Numbered from the stretch's first letter, positions 27,267 to 38,582 are shown. The stretch is 64,000 bases of DNA from Oscillospiraceae bacterium (GCA_017458335.1 JAFTFT010000008.1:385-64384); one strand, 5' to 3'. Numbers and translations: made by a program. The notes: a model not told the origin generated them from the sequence alone.

Positions 27267-29081
27267 ATGAATATAAAGGATAGACTGGATAAACTGGCGA
27301 GAAAACTGATTCCGCTGCTGCTGAGTTTGCTTCTTCTGCTGGCGCTGCTCCCGGCAGGATGGGCGGAGGAGATGCCGGCCGCGGAAGCACAGACAGCAGC
27401 TGGCGAAGATGCGGCTGACGCAGAGGCGGGAAACCTCTCCCCGGAGAGCGAGGCCGGACAGACGGACTGGGAGACCAGACTGCTTCTGATGCTGCAGGAG
27501 CACGGTGCAAACCCCGATACCATCGGCGCGGGCTACTACAATCTCGCGACCGGGGAAGAGCATTATTACAACGGGGATCAGTACCGGGTGAGCGGCAGTA
27601 TGTACAAGGTGCCGCTGAATATGCTGTTTCTGGACTGGATCGCCGAAGGGAAAATCACGCTGGACGAGCCCATCGGCGGATATCGCTATGCCCAGCTCCT
27701 GGAAGGCACCATCATCGATTCCAACAACGAGTATGCGAAGCTGCTCTGGGACTATGCCGGGGCAACCATCGAGACAAATCCCGCATCCACACTGTATCAC
27801 CGCTACCGGATCCTGATCGCGCCCATCATGGGGGAAGATCCGGACAATGTGGACGACAAGTATTACGAAAACAACTTCTTTACCCCCCGCCAGGTGATTA
27901 CCTGCCTGAGGCAGCTGTATGACGGAGGAGAGCGGTACGACCGTCTGATCGAGACGATGCAGCGGGCGGAGCCGGAAAAATACTTCAAGCTCCGGGAAAG
28001 ACGCTTCAACATCGCCCACAAGTACGGCTGGTACGCGGAGGATCCGATCCTCTATCTGAACGACTGTGCGCTCTGCTTCACGGAGGATCCGATCGCCATC
28101 GTGCTTTTTACGACGGGTACCGAAAACGCATATGGTGTGTTGACGGACTTCTGCACGCTGATGTGCGACTATGCGGAAGAAAAGCACGCGGAGCGCCTGG
28201 AACGGGCCAGGGAAGAGGAACAGGCCGCCGCTCTGGCGGCGGAGCAGGACCGGCTTGAGGCGGAAGCGGCGGTCGCAGCGCAGGAGGCACAGCGCCGGAC
28301 AGAGACTGCCAGGGCGACCGCCACGGAGAAGCCGTCCGTAACAGAAACGGCGGAAACCTTGATCCATGAACTCACTCTGGGACCGATTCTCTCGCTGGGA
28401 CTGATTGCGGCAGGGGTTCTCGCCTGCCTCATCTGGTTCTCGATCCGGCACCGGGGCAGCAGGCTGAACCTCTGGTACGGAATTGCGGCAATTCTCCTGG
28501 CAGCCGGAGCGATGATCCTGTGCTTCCCGGGGATGAACGGGAGAAGCTATGTTTCGGCTTCGGAAGAGGACGCGCCGGTCACGGTGGAGCGTTTCTTCCG
28601 GGCGCTGGAGAGCGGAGATGCGGCAGAGGCGGACGCCTGCCTGGCCTACGGGGCACAGTCCGGACTTCTGAACGGCTCCGCGGACGAAGTGCATGCCGCG
28701 GTATTGAACGCACTGAAACAGAGCTGGGACCACCAGCTCTTGGGAAACTGCAGCGTGGAGAAAAACCGCGCCTGGCAGGAAGTACAGCTCCGGGTGCTGG
28801 ACTTCTCCAGAATGGAGAAGGATCTGCAGACGGAGACGAGAGTCCAACTGCTGAACCTGGCCAGGACGATGGACCGTGAGAACGTCTTTGACGCAGCCGG
28901 AAACTATGTCCCGGCCGCGGCAGGAATGGCCTATGACCGGGCGCTTCTCAAGCTTCTGGAACAGCCGCAGAATTATTACGGAACCGTCGGCTGCAGGGTG
29001 GAACTCACACTCAGCGGGGACGGATGGAAAATCGTCCCGTCCAGGGCGCTGATCTCTGCACTGAGCGGCAATCTGGGGTAA
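27267..29081 (+). CDS. Membrane-associated serine hydrolase with a class-A beta-lactamase-like domain
   Basis: The start was set at MNIKDRL (GGAGAAG RBS). The alternative ATG at 27231 lies too close to the TTGCAA-16-TAGAAT promoter at 27192-27219. It has a signal/anchor, then SxxK (SGSMYK), an SDN-like SNN and a KTG-like KYG. Two TM helices and a C-terminal domain follow. Confidence 0.65.
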   Translation: MNIKDRLDKLARKLIPLLLSLLLLLALLPAGWAEEMPAAEAQTAAGEDAADAEAGNLSPESEAGQTDWETRLLLMLQEHGANPDTIGAGYYNLATGEEHYYNGDQYRVSGSMYKVPLNMLFLDWIAEGKITLDEPIGGYRYAQLLEGTIIDSNNEYAKLLWDYAGATIETNPASTLYHRYRILIAPIMGEDPDNVDDKYYENNFFTPRQVITCLRQLYDGGERYDRLIETMQRAEPEKYFKLRERRFNIAHKYGWYAEDPILYLNDCALCFTEDPIAIVLFTTGTENAYGVLTDFCTLMCDYAEEKHAERLERAREEEQAAALAAEQDRLEAEAAVAAQEAQRRTETARATATEKPSVTETAETLIHELTLGPILSLGLIAAGVLACLIWFSIRHRGSRLNLWYGIAAILLAAGAMILCFPGMNGRSYVSASEEDAPVTVERFFRALESGDAAEADACLAYGAQSGLLNGSADEVHAAVLNALKQSWDHQLLGNCSVEKNRAWQEVQLRVLDFSRMEKDLQTETRVQLLNLARTMDRENVFDAAGNYVPAAAGMAYDRALLKLLEQPQNYYGTVGCRVELTLSGDGWKIVPSRALISALSGNLG

Positions 29082-29103
29082 GGAATTCTTACAGCAACGA
29101 TAA

Positions 29104-29130
29104 CAAAACCCGCCGGGAGGCGGGTTTTGT
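29104..29130. terminator. Bidirectional terminator between convergent genes
   Basis: CAAAACCCGCC-GGGA-GGCGGGTTTTG. Confidence 0.7.
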
Positions 29131-29143
29131 CATACAGGATCCA

Positions 29144-30190
29144 TTACTTCCTGTGCTTAATCTTCATGAACAGATCCGGGGCCTGCTCACCGACGAGGGC
29201 GACCGCATGGAAGATGTTCAGAATCTGGCGGGGACTGCCTTTGCGCAGAATCCGGCAGAGGGTGTTCACCGGCACGCCGCCGGAGGTATCGCGGCAGCGC
29301 TTCTGGACGCGGGGATTGGAGCGGATCTCTTTGACATAGATGATTCTTCCCTCGTCGGAAAGCGTGCAGGAGGGCGTGAACAATGTCGTGATGCAGGAGA
29401 AGACGGACTTGGCGAACATATAGCGCAGATCGGCGTCATCCGGGATCCCGAACTTTTCACACAGCTCCTGCGCCCGGATATCCGCCTCGATGCAGACGGA
29501 GAACTTCTTCGGATAAAACTTGGAGATCAGGCTCTCGCCGTTGTGCATGATGTAGCGATACTTGCATTCACTGCGCACGGCGATCATGGAACAATGCTCC
29601 AGACAGTCAAAGACAAAGAGCCGGTCCTCACCCCAGAGGTAGTCCTTGAAACGGATTTCATTCTCCCGCAGCAGCGTTGCCGAATAGAGCTTGGCCCACA
29701 CCTGATTGAGAAGATTTGCCTTATAGAGGCGGGCGAAAGCGGTCTTCAGATCCTGCGGCCGGACCAGACAGTCAAATTCGTTGTACTCGCGCTCCCGGCC
29801 GTCGGCCTCGACGATACAGAAGCCCATCAGGATCAGATCCGCGCCGCTGTCTGCGGCCTCCAGCGCATACGAGAGCGCGTCGGGGAGCAGTTCGTCGTCG
29901 GCATCAATAAAGGTGACAAACGAGGCCTCTTCACAGACCAGCTTCAGAGCGGCATTGCGCGCCTCGGCAGGCCCGTGGTTTTCCGTGCGGACATAACGAA
30001 GCCGCTGATCCCCGTCGGCGAGCCGGCGGAGAATGGAGGCCGTGCGGTCGGTGGAGCCGTCATCCACCACAATCAGCTCCAGATTCTCATGGGTCTGACT
30101 CAGCACGCTCTTTACTGAACGTTCGATGTATTTTTCGGAATTGTAGGCGGGCATGATCACGGAGACCTTCAGGCTGTTATTCTCGCTCAT
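29144..30190 (-). CDS. Family 2 glycosyltransferase
   Basis: 348 aa. VSVIMPAYNSEKYIERSVKSVLSQTHENLELIVVDDGSTDRT is the classic GT2 N-terminus, and a DAD (DxD) motif lies downstream. Confidence 0.88.
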   Translation of the reverse strand: MSENNSLKVSVIMPAYNSEKYIERSVKSVLSQTHENLELIVVDDGSTDRTASILRRLADGDQRLRYVRTENHGPAEARNAALKLVCEEASFVTFIDADDELLPDALSYALEAADSGADLILMGFCIVEADGREREYNEFDCLVRPQDLKTAFARLYKANLLNQVWAKLYSATLLRENEIRFKDYLWGEDRLFVFDCLEHCSMIAVRSECKYRYIMHNGESLISKFYPKKFSVCIEADIRAQELCEKFGIPDDADLRYMFAKSVFSCITTLFTPSCTLSDEGRIIYVKEIRSNPRVQKRCRDTSGGVPVNTLCRILRKGSPRQILNIFHAVALVGEQAPDLFMKIKHRK

Positions 30191-30899
30191 CGTCCATCCT
30201 CCTCAGTTCGTCATGATTCTGCTCCTGTGCGGAGCGATAGCAGGCGTAGAGATAGTCATACATGGGCATCAGCCGCTTGAAAGCGCGGGTGATGACAGCT
30301 GTGAGATCGGGGCCGAGATGCCCGGGATCAAAGTCCCGCTCCCGCTCCAGACCGATACGTTTGCGGTTATACCAGGGGTTAATCAGCGGGCCGAGATCCT
30401 TCTTTGGCCTTTTATATTCCGGACCGGTCACGCGAAAGCCCCGCATCCTGGACGCGTCCTCAGCCAGACGCTCAAAACGGGCGGGATTTGCGTCGATGCT
30501 GTCGCGGAAGGCATCCATCTCGGCAGGCGTCACATCAAAGAAGCCGAGGCCGTAACTGAAGGTGGAAGCGGAAATCTCAAACCAGAACATGGGACCTTCG
30601 GTATGCCGGTTGTCGCCGTTAAAGATCGTGAACCAGAGATGATCCTTATAAGGGCCGCGGCCGAAAAGCCGTCTGGCATCCCGGTAGATCCGTGAGACGT
30701 GAAGAGAGAAGTTTTCTTTCGGAAAGGCACGCTGCATCTCGGCCAGGGTATCCTCGGCCAGCGCGTGAAAGGGCTCGTGGAGCACACGCATATACTGCTC
30801 CCGGTGTTCCTGAAACCAGGGGCGCTCATTATGGAACGTGAGATCCCAGAGAAACTCCGAGGTCTCGCGGGTGAATCCTTCAAACATGGTTTCTGACAT
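30177..30899 (-). CDS. DUF2461 (TIGR02453) family protein
   Basis: 240 aa. The N-terminus FEGFTRETSEFLWDLTFHNERPWFQEHREQY matches the family signature. It overlaps the GT2 start by 14 nt. Confidence 0.8.
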   Translation of the reverse strand: MSETMFEGFTRETSEFLWDLTFHNERPWFQEHREQYMRVLHEPFHALAEDTLAEMQRAFPKENFSLHVSRIYRDARRLFGRGPYKDHLWFTIFNGDNRHTEGPMFWFEISASTFSYGLGFFDVTPAEMDAFRDSIDANPARFERLAEDASRMRGFRVTGPEYKRPKKDLGPLINPWYNRKRIGLERERDFDPGHLGPDLTAVITRAFKRLMPMYDYLYACYRSAQEQNHDELRRMDDERE

Positions 30900-30963
30900 C
30901 CGTTTCGTGAATGGTAAGTGAGATCATCAACATTATAAACAATCGGAAAGACTTTCGCAAGAC

Positions 30964-30992
30964 TTGACAGCAGGGAAAAAATGAACTATATT
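30964..30992 (+). promoter_or_regulatory. Sigma-A-type promoter for psuK-psuG
   Basis: TTGACA (30964-30969), a 17-nt spacer, then TATATT (30987-30992). Confidence 0.5.
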
Positions 30993-31042
30993 GAACAAGC
31001 AAATGTTTAAAATAAGCAATTATTTACGAGAGGACCTGGGAC

Positions 31043-32122
31043 GTGACGATACGGGAACGGCAGATCCTGAACTGGATCGAAGAAAACCCGATGATTTCAC
31101 AGGAAAAGCTGGCACGAAAGGCGGGGATTACCCGGTCTGCCGTGGCGGTGCATATCTCGAACCTGATGAAGAAGGGGCACATTGCAGGCCGGGGATACGT
31201 GGTGAGCGGGTCGGCTTACGTGGCCGTGGTCGGCGGCGTCAACATCGACATCGGCGGAAGACCGAAACGGCCGCTGATTGAGCGGGATTCCAATCCGGGA
31301 AAGGTCTCGATCAGTCTCGGCGGCGTCGGCCGGAACATTGCACACAACATGAGCCTGCTGGGGCTGCACGTCCGCTTTCTGACCGCCTTCGGAGACGATC
31401 TGCATGCACAGCGGATTGAAGCCGGCTGCGCGGATCTCGGGATCGACATCAGCCATGCACGCAAGGTCGCGGGGGCTTCCACGTCGACTTATCTGTATCT
31501 GAACGATGAAAACGGCGATATGGTGCTGGCTGTCTCGGATATGGAGATCTGCGAGAAGATCACCCCGGATTACATCGCCTCGAATCTCAGCCTGCTGAAC
31601 AACGCGCAGGTGGTGGTCGCGGACGGTAATCTCCCGGCCGAAACGCTGAACTACCTGGCGGAACACTGTACGGCTCCGATTTTCGCCGATCCGGTATCGG
31701 TGACAAAGGCGGAGAAACTCAGGCCGATTCTCGGCAGGCTGAACACCCTGAAGCCGAACCGGATGGAAGCAGAGCTGCTGAGCGGGATCCGGATCACGGA
31801 CGAGAAATCCATGCACCATGCGGCGGAGAAGCTTCTGGATACCGGCCTGCACCGCGTGTTCCTGTCCCTGGGAGCGGACGGCGTGTTCGCGGCCAACGGG
31901 GAAGAGAGCCGGATCTATCCCTGCCTGCCGGCTGCGGTGCGCAGCACGACGGGCGCGGGGGACGCCTTCATGGCGGCGCTGGTCTGGGCCTACCTGGAGG
32001 GGATGGACCTCGAAGACACGGTCCGGGCGGCTTCGGCCGCGGCGGCCATCGCGACGGAAAGCGAAGAAACCATCAACCCCGCGCTGTCGGAGACGGCACT
32101 GCGGGAAAGAATTCAACGATAA
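31043..32122 (+). CDS. psuK: Pseudouridine kinase (PfkB family) with an N-terminal winged-helix domain
   Basis: 359 aa with a GTG start. The HTH region is RERQILNWIEENPMISQEKLARKAGITRSAVAVHISNLMKKGHI. The PfkB motifs are GGVGRN and TGAGDAF. It lies directly upstream of psuG. Confidence 0.8.
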   Translation: MTIRERQILNWIEENPMISQEKLARKAGITRSAVAVHISNLMKKGHIAGRGYVVSGSAYVAVVGGVNIDIGGRPKRPLIERDSNPGKVSISLGGVGRNIAHNMSLLGLHVRFLTAFGDDLHAQRIEAGCADLGIDISHARKVAGASTSTYLYLNDENGDMVLAVSDMEICEKITPDYIASNLSLLNNAQVVVADGNLPAETLNYLAEHCTAPIFADPVSVTKAEKLRPILGRLNTLKPNRMEAELLSGIRITDEKSMHHAAEKLLDTGLHRVFLSLGADGVFAANGEESRIYPCLPAAVRSTTGAGDAFMAALVWAYLEGMDLEDTVRAASAAAAIATESEETINPALSETALRERIQR

Positions 32123-32134
32123 TCGGAGGAAAAC

Positions 32135-33055
<921 letters not shown>

Positions 33056-33081
33056 GAGAACAGGCTCGTATCAAACAAACA

Positions 33082-33106
33082 GCCCCTCCGCGAATGCGGA
33101 GGGGCG
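33082..33106. terminator. Hairpin terminator between psuG and the convergent ricT
   Basis: GCCCCTCCGC-GAAT-GCGGAGGGGC. Confidence 0.6.
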
Positions 33107-33184
33107 TTCTGCATGAATTTCGGACCGGACCGCGGCCTGAACGGCATCGCGGCCGGCGGCGGAGGGGCTGCCGTAAAGAAGCGG

Positions 33185-34516
33185 TCAGGATTCGGAAGCG
33201 GGCTTGCCGGAGGAGGGCTTTTTCCCGTGATAGTGCCGGCGGCGGGGTTTGTTGTTTTTCTTCTCCGGCTTGCCGGCGTCAGGAGACTCCGCGGCCTGTG
33301 CGGTCTGGACAGAGAGCTTCTGGACCTTCACAGCAGAGGACTCTCCGCCTTTTGGCGCACCGCCGGAAGCCTTCGGGGCGGAGTGCTTTTTACCGGAGTG
33401 GGAGTGGTGGCTGCCGCCCTCCGCGGACTTCGGCTTGACGGCGTCTTCCCTGACAGGAACCACAATGGCGGGAGCCTCGGGAGAAGCCGGTTTGGCACCT
33501 TTGCGGCGGCTGCGGTTCCGGCGGTTCCGCCGGCTCTTTTCGGGATCAGCTTCCCCCTCCTGCGAGGGAGCGGGCTTTTCCGGAACCGGTGTGACCACCA
33601 TGGCCGGTACCGCCCACTCATCCGTTTCTTCCGCTTCGGGCTCTTCCGGTTCCGGTTCCACGTACTCGAGGACATGAGGCGGTTCCGTTCCGTCCTTCGG
33701 ACGCCCGCCCGGGACGGCCGCCAGCTCGTAGCTCTTATATTCATGAAGGACGTCTTCCCGCTCTTCGTCCAGCTTCACCTTGACGGTGGAGCGGAGAAGA
33801 TTTACCTGCACGGCCGTTCCGTAGCCGTCTTTGGTCTCGACAAAGGCGCCCTGTTTCGGAACCTTCTTAACCAGATCCTCATAAGCTTCCTGCTCATAAC
33901 GCAGGCAGCACATCAGGCGGCCGCAGCTGCCGGAGATCTTGGCGGGGTTGAGAGAGAGCGACTGGATTTTGGCCATCTTGGTGGAGACGGGATGAAAGTC
34001 ATCCAGAAACTGGCTGCAGCAATAGGGACGGCCGCAGATCCCGAGACCTCCCAGCATCTTTGCCTCGTCCCGGACCCCGATCTGCCGCAGCTCGATGCGG
34101 TTGTGCAGGATCCCGGCCAGATCCTTGACCAGAGAACGAAAATCAACCCTTCCGTCCGAGGTAAAGAAGAAGGTGGTCTTGCTGCCTTCAAAATTGCACT
34201 CGACGTCGACCAGCTTCATGTCCAGGTTGTGCTCCTGAATCTTTTCACGGCAGATGTCGAAGGCGGTCTTTTCCCGCTGACGGTTGATCTCTTCCGTCCG
34301 AAGATCCATCTGGGTGGCGATCCGCAGAACCCGGCGCAGCGGCTGCACGACAGCGGTATCCTCCACGGGGTGATTCTCCCGGGAGCAGACGGCAATCTCC
34401 ATCCCGTTGGCGGTGTCGACGATCACGTTGTCCCCGACCTGAATCTGAAGGCCGGCGGGGTCAAAATAGTACGCTTTCCCGCGGTTTTTAAATCTGATGC
34501 TAACTACTTCGGTCAT
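33185..34516 (-). CDS. ricT: RicT/YaaT (PSP1-domain) regulatory iron-sulfur protein with a long low-complexity C-terminal tail
   Basis: The start was set at MTEVVSIRFKNRGKAYYFDP, overlapping the holB stop (ATGA). The PSP1 core carries the Cys motifs GICGRPYCC and GSCGRLMCCLRYE. Roughly the last 170 aa form a Pro/Ala/Lys/Glu-rich tail. Confidence 0.85.
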   Translation of the reverse strand: MTEVVSIRFKNRGKAYYFDPAGLQIQVGDNVIVDTANGMEIAVCSRENHPVEDTAVVQPLRRVLRIATQMDLRTEEINRQREKTAFDICREKIQEHNLDMKLVDVECNFEGSKTTFFFTSDGRVDFRSLVKDLAGILHNRIELRQIGVRDEAKMLGGLGICGRPYCCSQFLDDFHPVSTKMAKIQSLSLNPAKISGSCGRLMCCLRYEQEAYEDLVKKVPKQGAFVETKDGYGTAVQVNLLRSTVKVKLDEEREDVLHEYKSYELAAVPGGRPKDGTEPPHVLEYVEPEPEEPEAEETDEWAVPAMVVTPVPEKPAPSQEGEADPEKSRRNRRNRSRRKGAKPASPEAPAIVVPVREDAVKPKSAEGGSHHSHSGKKHSAPKASGGAPKGGESSAVKVQKLSVQTAQAAESPDAGKPEKKNNKPRRRHYHGKKPSSGKPASES

Positions 34517-35361
34517 GTTTTTTCTCCAATTTTGTGCACTGTGTCTGCGATGGAACGCCTGATCGGGCCGGGCAGAGCGTCTGCAGCCAGCAGACTGAAA
34601 ATATGTTTGGCGTTGACATTCACCTTCAGGTGGTCGGAGCAGCGCTGCAGAAGCCGGTAGAGATGCATCTGGTTTTCGGCAGAGAGCGCACCCGCAGAAC
34701 ATCTTCCGCAAAGCATGTCGCAGCAGCGTGAAAGCGCGGCGTCGATGAAGGCGGATGTGGCGTCGAGCTTGCTGAGTTCATTTTTGGCGATCCAGCGATA
34801 GACTTTACGCCGATCACCCGTCCGGACCGCCGAGAGAAAACTGTCTGCCAGTTTCACGGAATCGGGGGCCTGCTGCTCGGTATCCCCGGACAGGCTGAGC
34901 ATGGCGCAGCGGGAGCGCACCGTCTCGAGAAGCAGGTCGGGATTGCATACGCAGAGCAGAAAAACCACACTGGGAGGCGGCTCCTCAAAAAGCTTCAGCG
35001 CGGCGTTCTGGGCGTTGAGGTTCATGAGCTCAGCCTCTTCAATGATGTACACCTTGCGTACCGCCTCATTCGGCAGAACCTGGGCGTCGACAGACAGATC
35101 CCGGATCTGGGAGACGGTCAGCTCGCGCCGTAGATTCCCGCTCTTATCCGGGAGACGCCGAAGCATGAAGATGTCGGGATGGACGCCCGCAGCGGCCTTC
35201 CGGCAGCCGCGGCACTTCCCGCAGGGGACGTCGTGCCCGTTGAGACAGACGGCCGCGGAAGCGATCTCCCGGGCTTTCGACAGAGCATCCTCCCGGGACG
35301 GAGATGAGAGAATATACGCATGCCCAATGGCAGAGGGACTGGAAAAACGGATCGGTTCCAA
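34513..35361 (-). CDS. holB: DNA polymerase III delta-prime subunit
   Basis: 282 aa. It has HAYILSS, the zinc module CGKCRGCRK, and a box VII-like segment KVYIIEEAELMNLNAQNAALKLFEEPP. The conserved holB-ricT synteny is present. Confidence 0.85.
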   Translation of the reverse strand: MEPIRFSSPSAIGHAYILSSPSREDALSKAREIASAAVCLNGHDVPCGKCRGCRKAAAGVHPDIFMLRRLPDKSGNLRRELTVSQIRDLSVDAQVLPNEAVRKVYIIEEAELMNLNAQNAALKLFEEPPPSVVFLLCVCNPDLLLETVRSRCAMLSLSGDTEQQAPDSVKLADSFLSAVRTGDRRKVYRWIAKNELSKLDATSAFIDAALSRCCDMLCGRCSAGALSAENQMHLYRLLQRCSDHLKVNVNAKHIFSLLAADALPGPIRRSIADTVHKIGEKT

Positions 35362-35440
35362 AACATCGGGCCTCCTTCCGTCCGGACAGGATCCATACCG
35401 GTTTTCAACCTTATTAATATACTTTCTTTTTTGATCGGCG

Positions 35441-36085
35441 TCAACTGTTTTCCGGAGTTTCCGGCGGAATACGCGACAGAACGATCAGGAGGATTCCTTC
35501 CTCCACCGACACGAGGGCTTCTTCTTCGGCCCAGGTGTTGCTGACGCCGAGAGGAAAGGAGGGAAGAAGCTCCGCATGCTCGAGCGGGTATTTGGCCCCG
35601 GAGATGCGGACACCCCGGCAGGGACCGTCGAGGGCAAACACGGAAAGCGACCAGCCGTCACGGCGGGGGATGCGCAGGAGGTCGCCCTGCAAGGTATAAA
35701 CTTCCGTATCCTCACTGCAGAGAGCGGCGCGGAGACCGTGCTTCCGGGCAAACACCAGACTCTGAAGATTCGCGATCAGATGATCCAGGCGGCCGCCGAG
35801 GGCGCAGCAGAGAAGCAGCTCACGGAATCCGTGCTCAACGGCATACCGGACGGCGAGCATGGTGTCGGTATCGTCCTTCTCGGAAGCATAGCGGTTCAGC
35901 GGGATCTCCGCATCCACCGGACCACGGTATGAATCAAAGTCGGAAATGATCAGATCCGGCCGGATGCCGAGACGCTCACAATAGGCATAGCCGCGGTCGC
36001 AGGCGATGACAAAGTCATCCGGTTTGAGCCCGGAGACGGGACTGAACTCGCCGCCTGAAACGACGACACAGCGATTCTGCTTCAT
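35441..36085 (-). CDS. thiN: Thiamine diphosphokinase
   Basis: 214 aa. It carries VIACDRGY...PDLIISDFDS and the GALGGRLDH motif. Confidence 0.85.
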   Translation of the reverse strand: MKQNRCVVVSGGEFSPVSGLKPDDFVIACDRGYAYCERLGIRPDLIISDFDSYRGPVDAEIPLNRYASEKDDTDTMLAVRYAVEHGFRELLLCCALGGRLDHLIANLQSLVFARKHGLRAALCSEDTEVYTLQGDLLRIPRRDGWSLSVFALDGPCRGVRISGAKYPLEHAELLPSFPLGVSNTWAEEEALVSVEEGILLIVLSRIPPETPENS

Positions 36086-36090
36086 GACCG

Positions 36091-37491
36091 TCAGAAGTCA
36101 AGCTCCTCAAGCCGGAGCAGAGCGACGATGTAGATCTTCAGCGCTTCTATGAAATCGGAAAGGCGGGCCGCTTCGTCGATGCCGTGGATGGGACCGGCAA
36201 AATCGGGAGCGGGCCGCTCGGGGTGCTCGGGACCGAAAGCGGCCGCATTGGGGAAGTGACGGGCATAAGTGCCGCCGCCGATGGTGAACGGACGGGCATT
36301 TTCTCCGGTGATGAGGTTATAGCTCTCAATACAGGCCTGAATGGCCGGGTTATCCAGGGTAAGATAGAACGGGACGTTGTCCGCGTCGACCAGAATCTCA
36401 GCGGCATCGCCGGCCGCTTCCCGGAGCAGGGCGGTGATCCTCTCTCCGCTGGTGGAGATGCCGTACCGGCAGTCGATCGTCTGGGTGAAAACGCCGTCTT
36501 CCGTGGAGATCTTCCCGCCGACCGCGGTGAGCGGAGTGAAGCAGTCGTCAGCGCTCTGCAGACCGAGTCCGCTTCCGTCCGTGGCCGCGTGCAGCTTTTG
36601 CAGAAAACGGAAATACGGCAGCTCTTCCGCCGCCGGGATGTTATTCTCCAGCACATAGTCCACGATCCGCCCGATGGCATTGACGGTGCCTTCCGGCATG
36701 GAGGCGTGGCCGCTGATTCCGACGGCGGAGAGCCTCCAGAGCCCCGGTTCCGCCGGCTCGGCCGAAACGGCATCCGTGCTGTGCAGCGTTTCCGCCCGCA
36801 CGAGTGCGGAAGCCTTGGCGGGCACGGCGTTCGGGGCCACACCGCCGGTCATCTCCAGGACGTTGATCGGCGTGTGACGGGAGATCAGACGGCCGTGATA
36901 GATCCCCTTCTCCCCGTGGATCAGCGGGAAATCGGCGTCCGGACTGAAGCAGAAAAGGGGAGCGGGGTAATTGGCGATATAATGCTCCAGGTCGCCCATG
37001 CCGGTTTCTTCGTTGCTGCCGAGCAGCGCGCGAACCGGATAGCGGAGCGGAATCCCGGAATCCTTCAGATATTTCAGCGCATACAAACAGAGCACACTGG
37101 GGCCCTTGTCGTCCATCACGCCACGGCCGATCAGAAAGCCCTCGCGCTCACGCAGGGTGAAGGGATCCTCGCTCCATCCGTCTCCGGCGGGAACGACGTC
37201 GACGTGGGTGATGGTGGCGAGATAGCCCTGCCCCCGATCCTCGCCGACAGAGGCATAAGCGATTTTGTTTTCGCAGTTGACGGTGCCCAGACCGAGCTCC
37301 GCCGCAATCTGCAGGGCGCAGTCGAGGGCGCGTTTGGATTCGATGCCGAAGGGCGCATCCGGTTCGGCCGGACCTTCGACGCTGGGGATGCGGACAAGGC
37401 GGGCGATATCGCGGACGATGTCGCGCTCGTGGGTTTCAGCGAAGCGGCTGATATCGGAGAGTCTGTTTTCGTCAATGGAGATGGTGTTCAC
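36091..37491 (-). CDS. pepV: M20-family dipeptidase (PepV/Sapep-like)
   Basis: 466 aa. THVDVVPAGDGWSEDPF and GRGVMDDKGP are the metal-binding signatures of M20A dipeptidases. Confidence 0.85.
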   Translation of the reverse strand: MNTISIDENRLSDISRFAETHERDIVRDIARLVRIPSVEGPAEPDAPFGIESKRALDCALQIAAELGLGTVNCENKIAYASVGEDRGQGYLATITHVDVVPAGDGWSEDPFTLREREGFLIGRGVMDDKGPSVLCLYALKYLKDSGIPLRYPVRALLGSNEETGMGDLEHYIANYPAPLFCFSPDADFPLIHGEKGIYHGRLISRHTPINVLEMTGGVAPNAVPAKASALVRAETLHSTDAVSAEPAEPGLWRLSAVGISGHASMPEGTVNAIGRIVDYVLENNIPAAEELPYFRFLQKLHAATDGSGLGLQSADDCFTPLTAVGGKISTEDGVFTQTIDCRYGISTSGERITALLREAAGDAAEILVDADNVPFYLTLDNPAIQACIESYNLITGENARPFTIGGGTYARHFPNAAAFGPEHPERPAPDFAGPIHGIDEAARLSDFIEALKIYIVALLRLEELDF

Positions 37492-37544
37492 GGGGAACCT
37501 CCTTATGTATCAAAAAATAATATGAGGCAGAATATGGATCGGCG

Positions 37545-38375
37545 TCACTCTGTGAAGTGAATGTGGTTGTTGATGTGGTCGATGCAGAAGCAGTGGTACC
37601 CGGCGCAGCGCGAGCAGTAGCGGAATTCCAGCCCGGGATATTCCGTATCCGTCCGGCCGCAGACGGAGCACTTGTGGTGGTAAAGCTGCTCCCGCTGTTC
37701 CTGGCGGATCTTTTTTGAAGCCCTGCGGAAATTGACGGTCGCGCGGCTGGGCCGGCGAGGAAGATTCTTCATCAGGGTACCGGCAAAGAAGATCACGAAG
37801 TTCAAGACCGCGACCACCGGCAGCAGATTGAAGGGGAAGGGATTGGTGACGACGGCGAGGACGAAGTAGGCCGCGTCAATGAGCGCCAGATATTTCATCC
37901 GGATGGGGATGAAGAAGAACAGCAGGACCTGCTGATCGGGGAAGAGGGCCGCATAGGAGAAAAACATGGACAGATAGAGATACTGGGAGTCGATCCGGAT
38001 CCGGTATTCGCCGAGGAAGTAGACCAGAAAGCCGTACACCACGGTCAGAAACCAGCCGATGAGGAGATAGACGTTGAACTGCGGCGTCCCCCAATACTGC
38101 TCCAGCGTACTGCCCATCCAGTAGTAAAAATAGAAGACCAGAAACGCCAGAATGCCCATGCTGGGCGGGTAGACCATAAAGGTGACCAGACGCCAGACCT
38201 GCCCCCGCAGAATCAGCGCGGCGTCAAAGCTGAGATAGGACATCAGCACGCTGTTCGCCGTACCGAGAATCCAGAAAACAGCATTGGCAATCGTCAGATA
38301 TTTCATGAGATTGGGAATGCCGAAATTGGGATGCCGGTAACAGAAGCGATCGATCAGGCGCATGGGATCTTTCAC
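37545..38375 (-). CDS. Polytopic membrane protein with a C-terminal Cys/His zinc-ribbon (rhomboid-like topology, no clear catalytic GxSG)
   Basis: 276 aa, about 6 TM segments. The C-terminal tail is HHKCSVCGRTDTEYPGLEFRYCSRCAGYHCFCIDH. Confidence 0.65.
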   Translation of the reverse strand: MKDPMRLIDRFCYRHPNFGIPNLMKYLTIANAVFWILGTANSVLMSYLSFDAALILRGQVWRLVTFMVYPPSMGILAFLVFYFYYWMGSTLEQYWGTPQFNVYLLIGWFLTVVYGFLVYFLGEYRIRIDSQYLYLSMFFSYAALFPDQQVLLFFFIPIRMKYLALIDAAYFVLAVVTNPFPFNLLPVVAVLNFVIFFAGTLMKNLPRRPSRATVNFRRASKKIRQEQREQLYHHKCSVCGRTDTEYPGLEFRYCSRCAGYHCFCIDHINNHIHFTE

Positions 38376-38582
38376 GGATAATCTCCTCCGAACTCAGATA
38401 GATAAAGGTACTATACTGTTTTTGATAAAGAAAGTCTACAAAAAATTGTAAAGTTTCCGGAGAACATGAAAAAGAACTCTTTCCATTTTCTGTATCTTGT
38501 GTTATATTGTAATTTGTATTCGAATATTTAGTACTGATGATACGCCGATCCGGCAAAGCGGATCCGGCGGCCGGAGAGCGGA

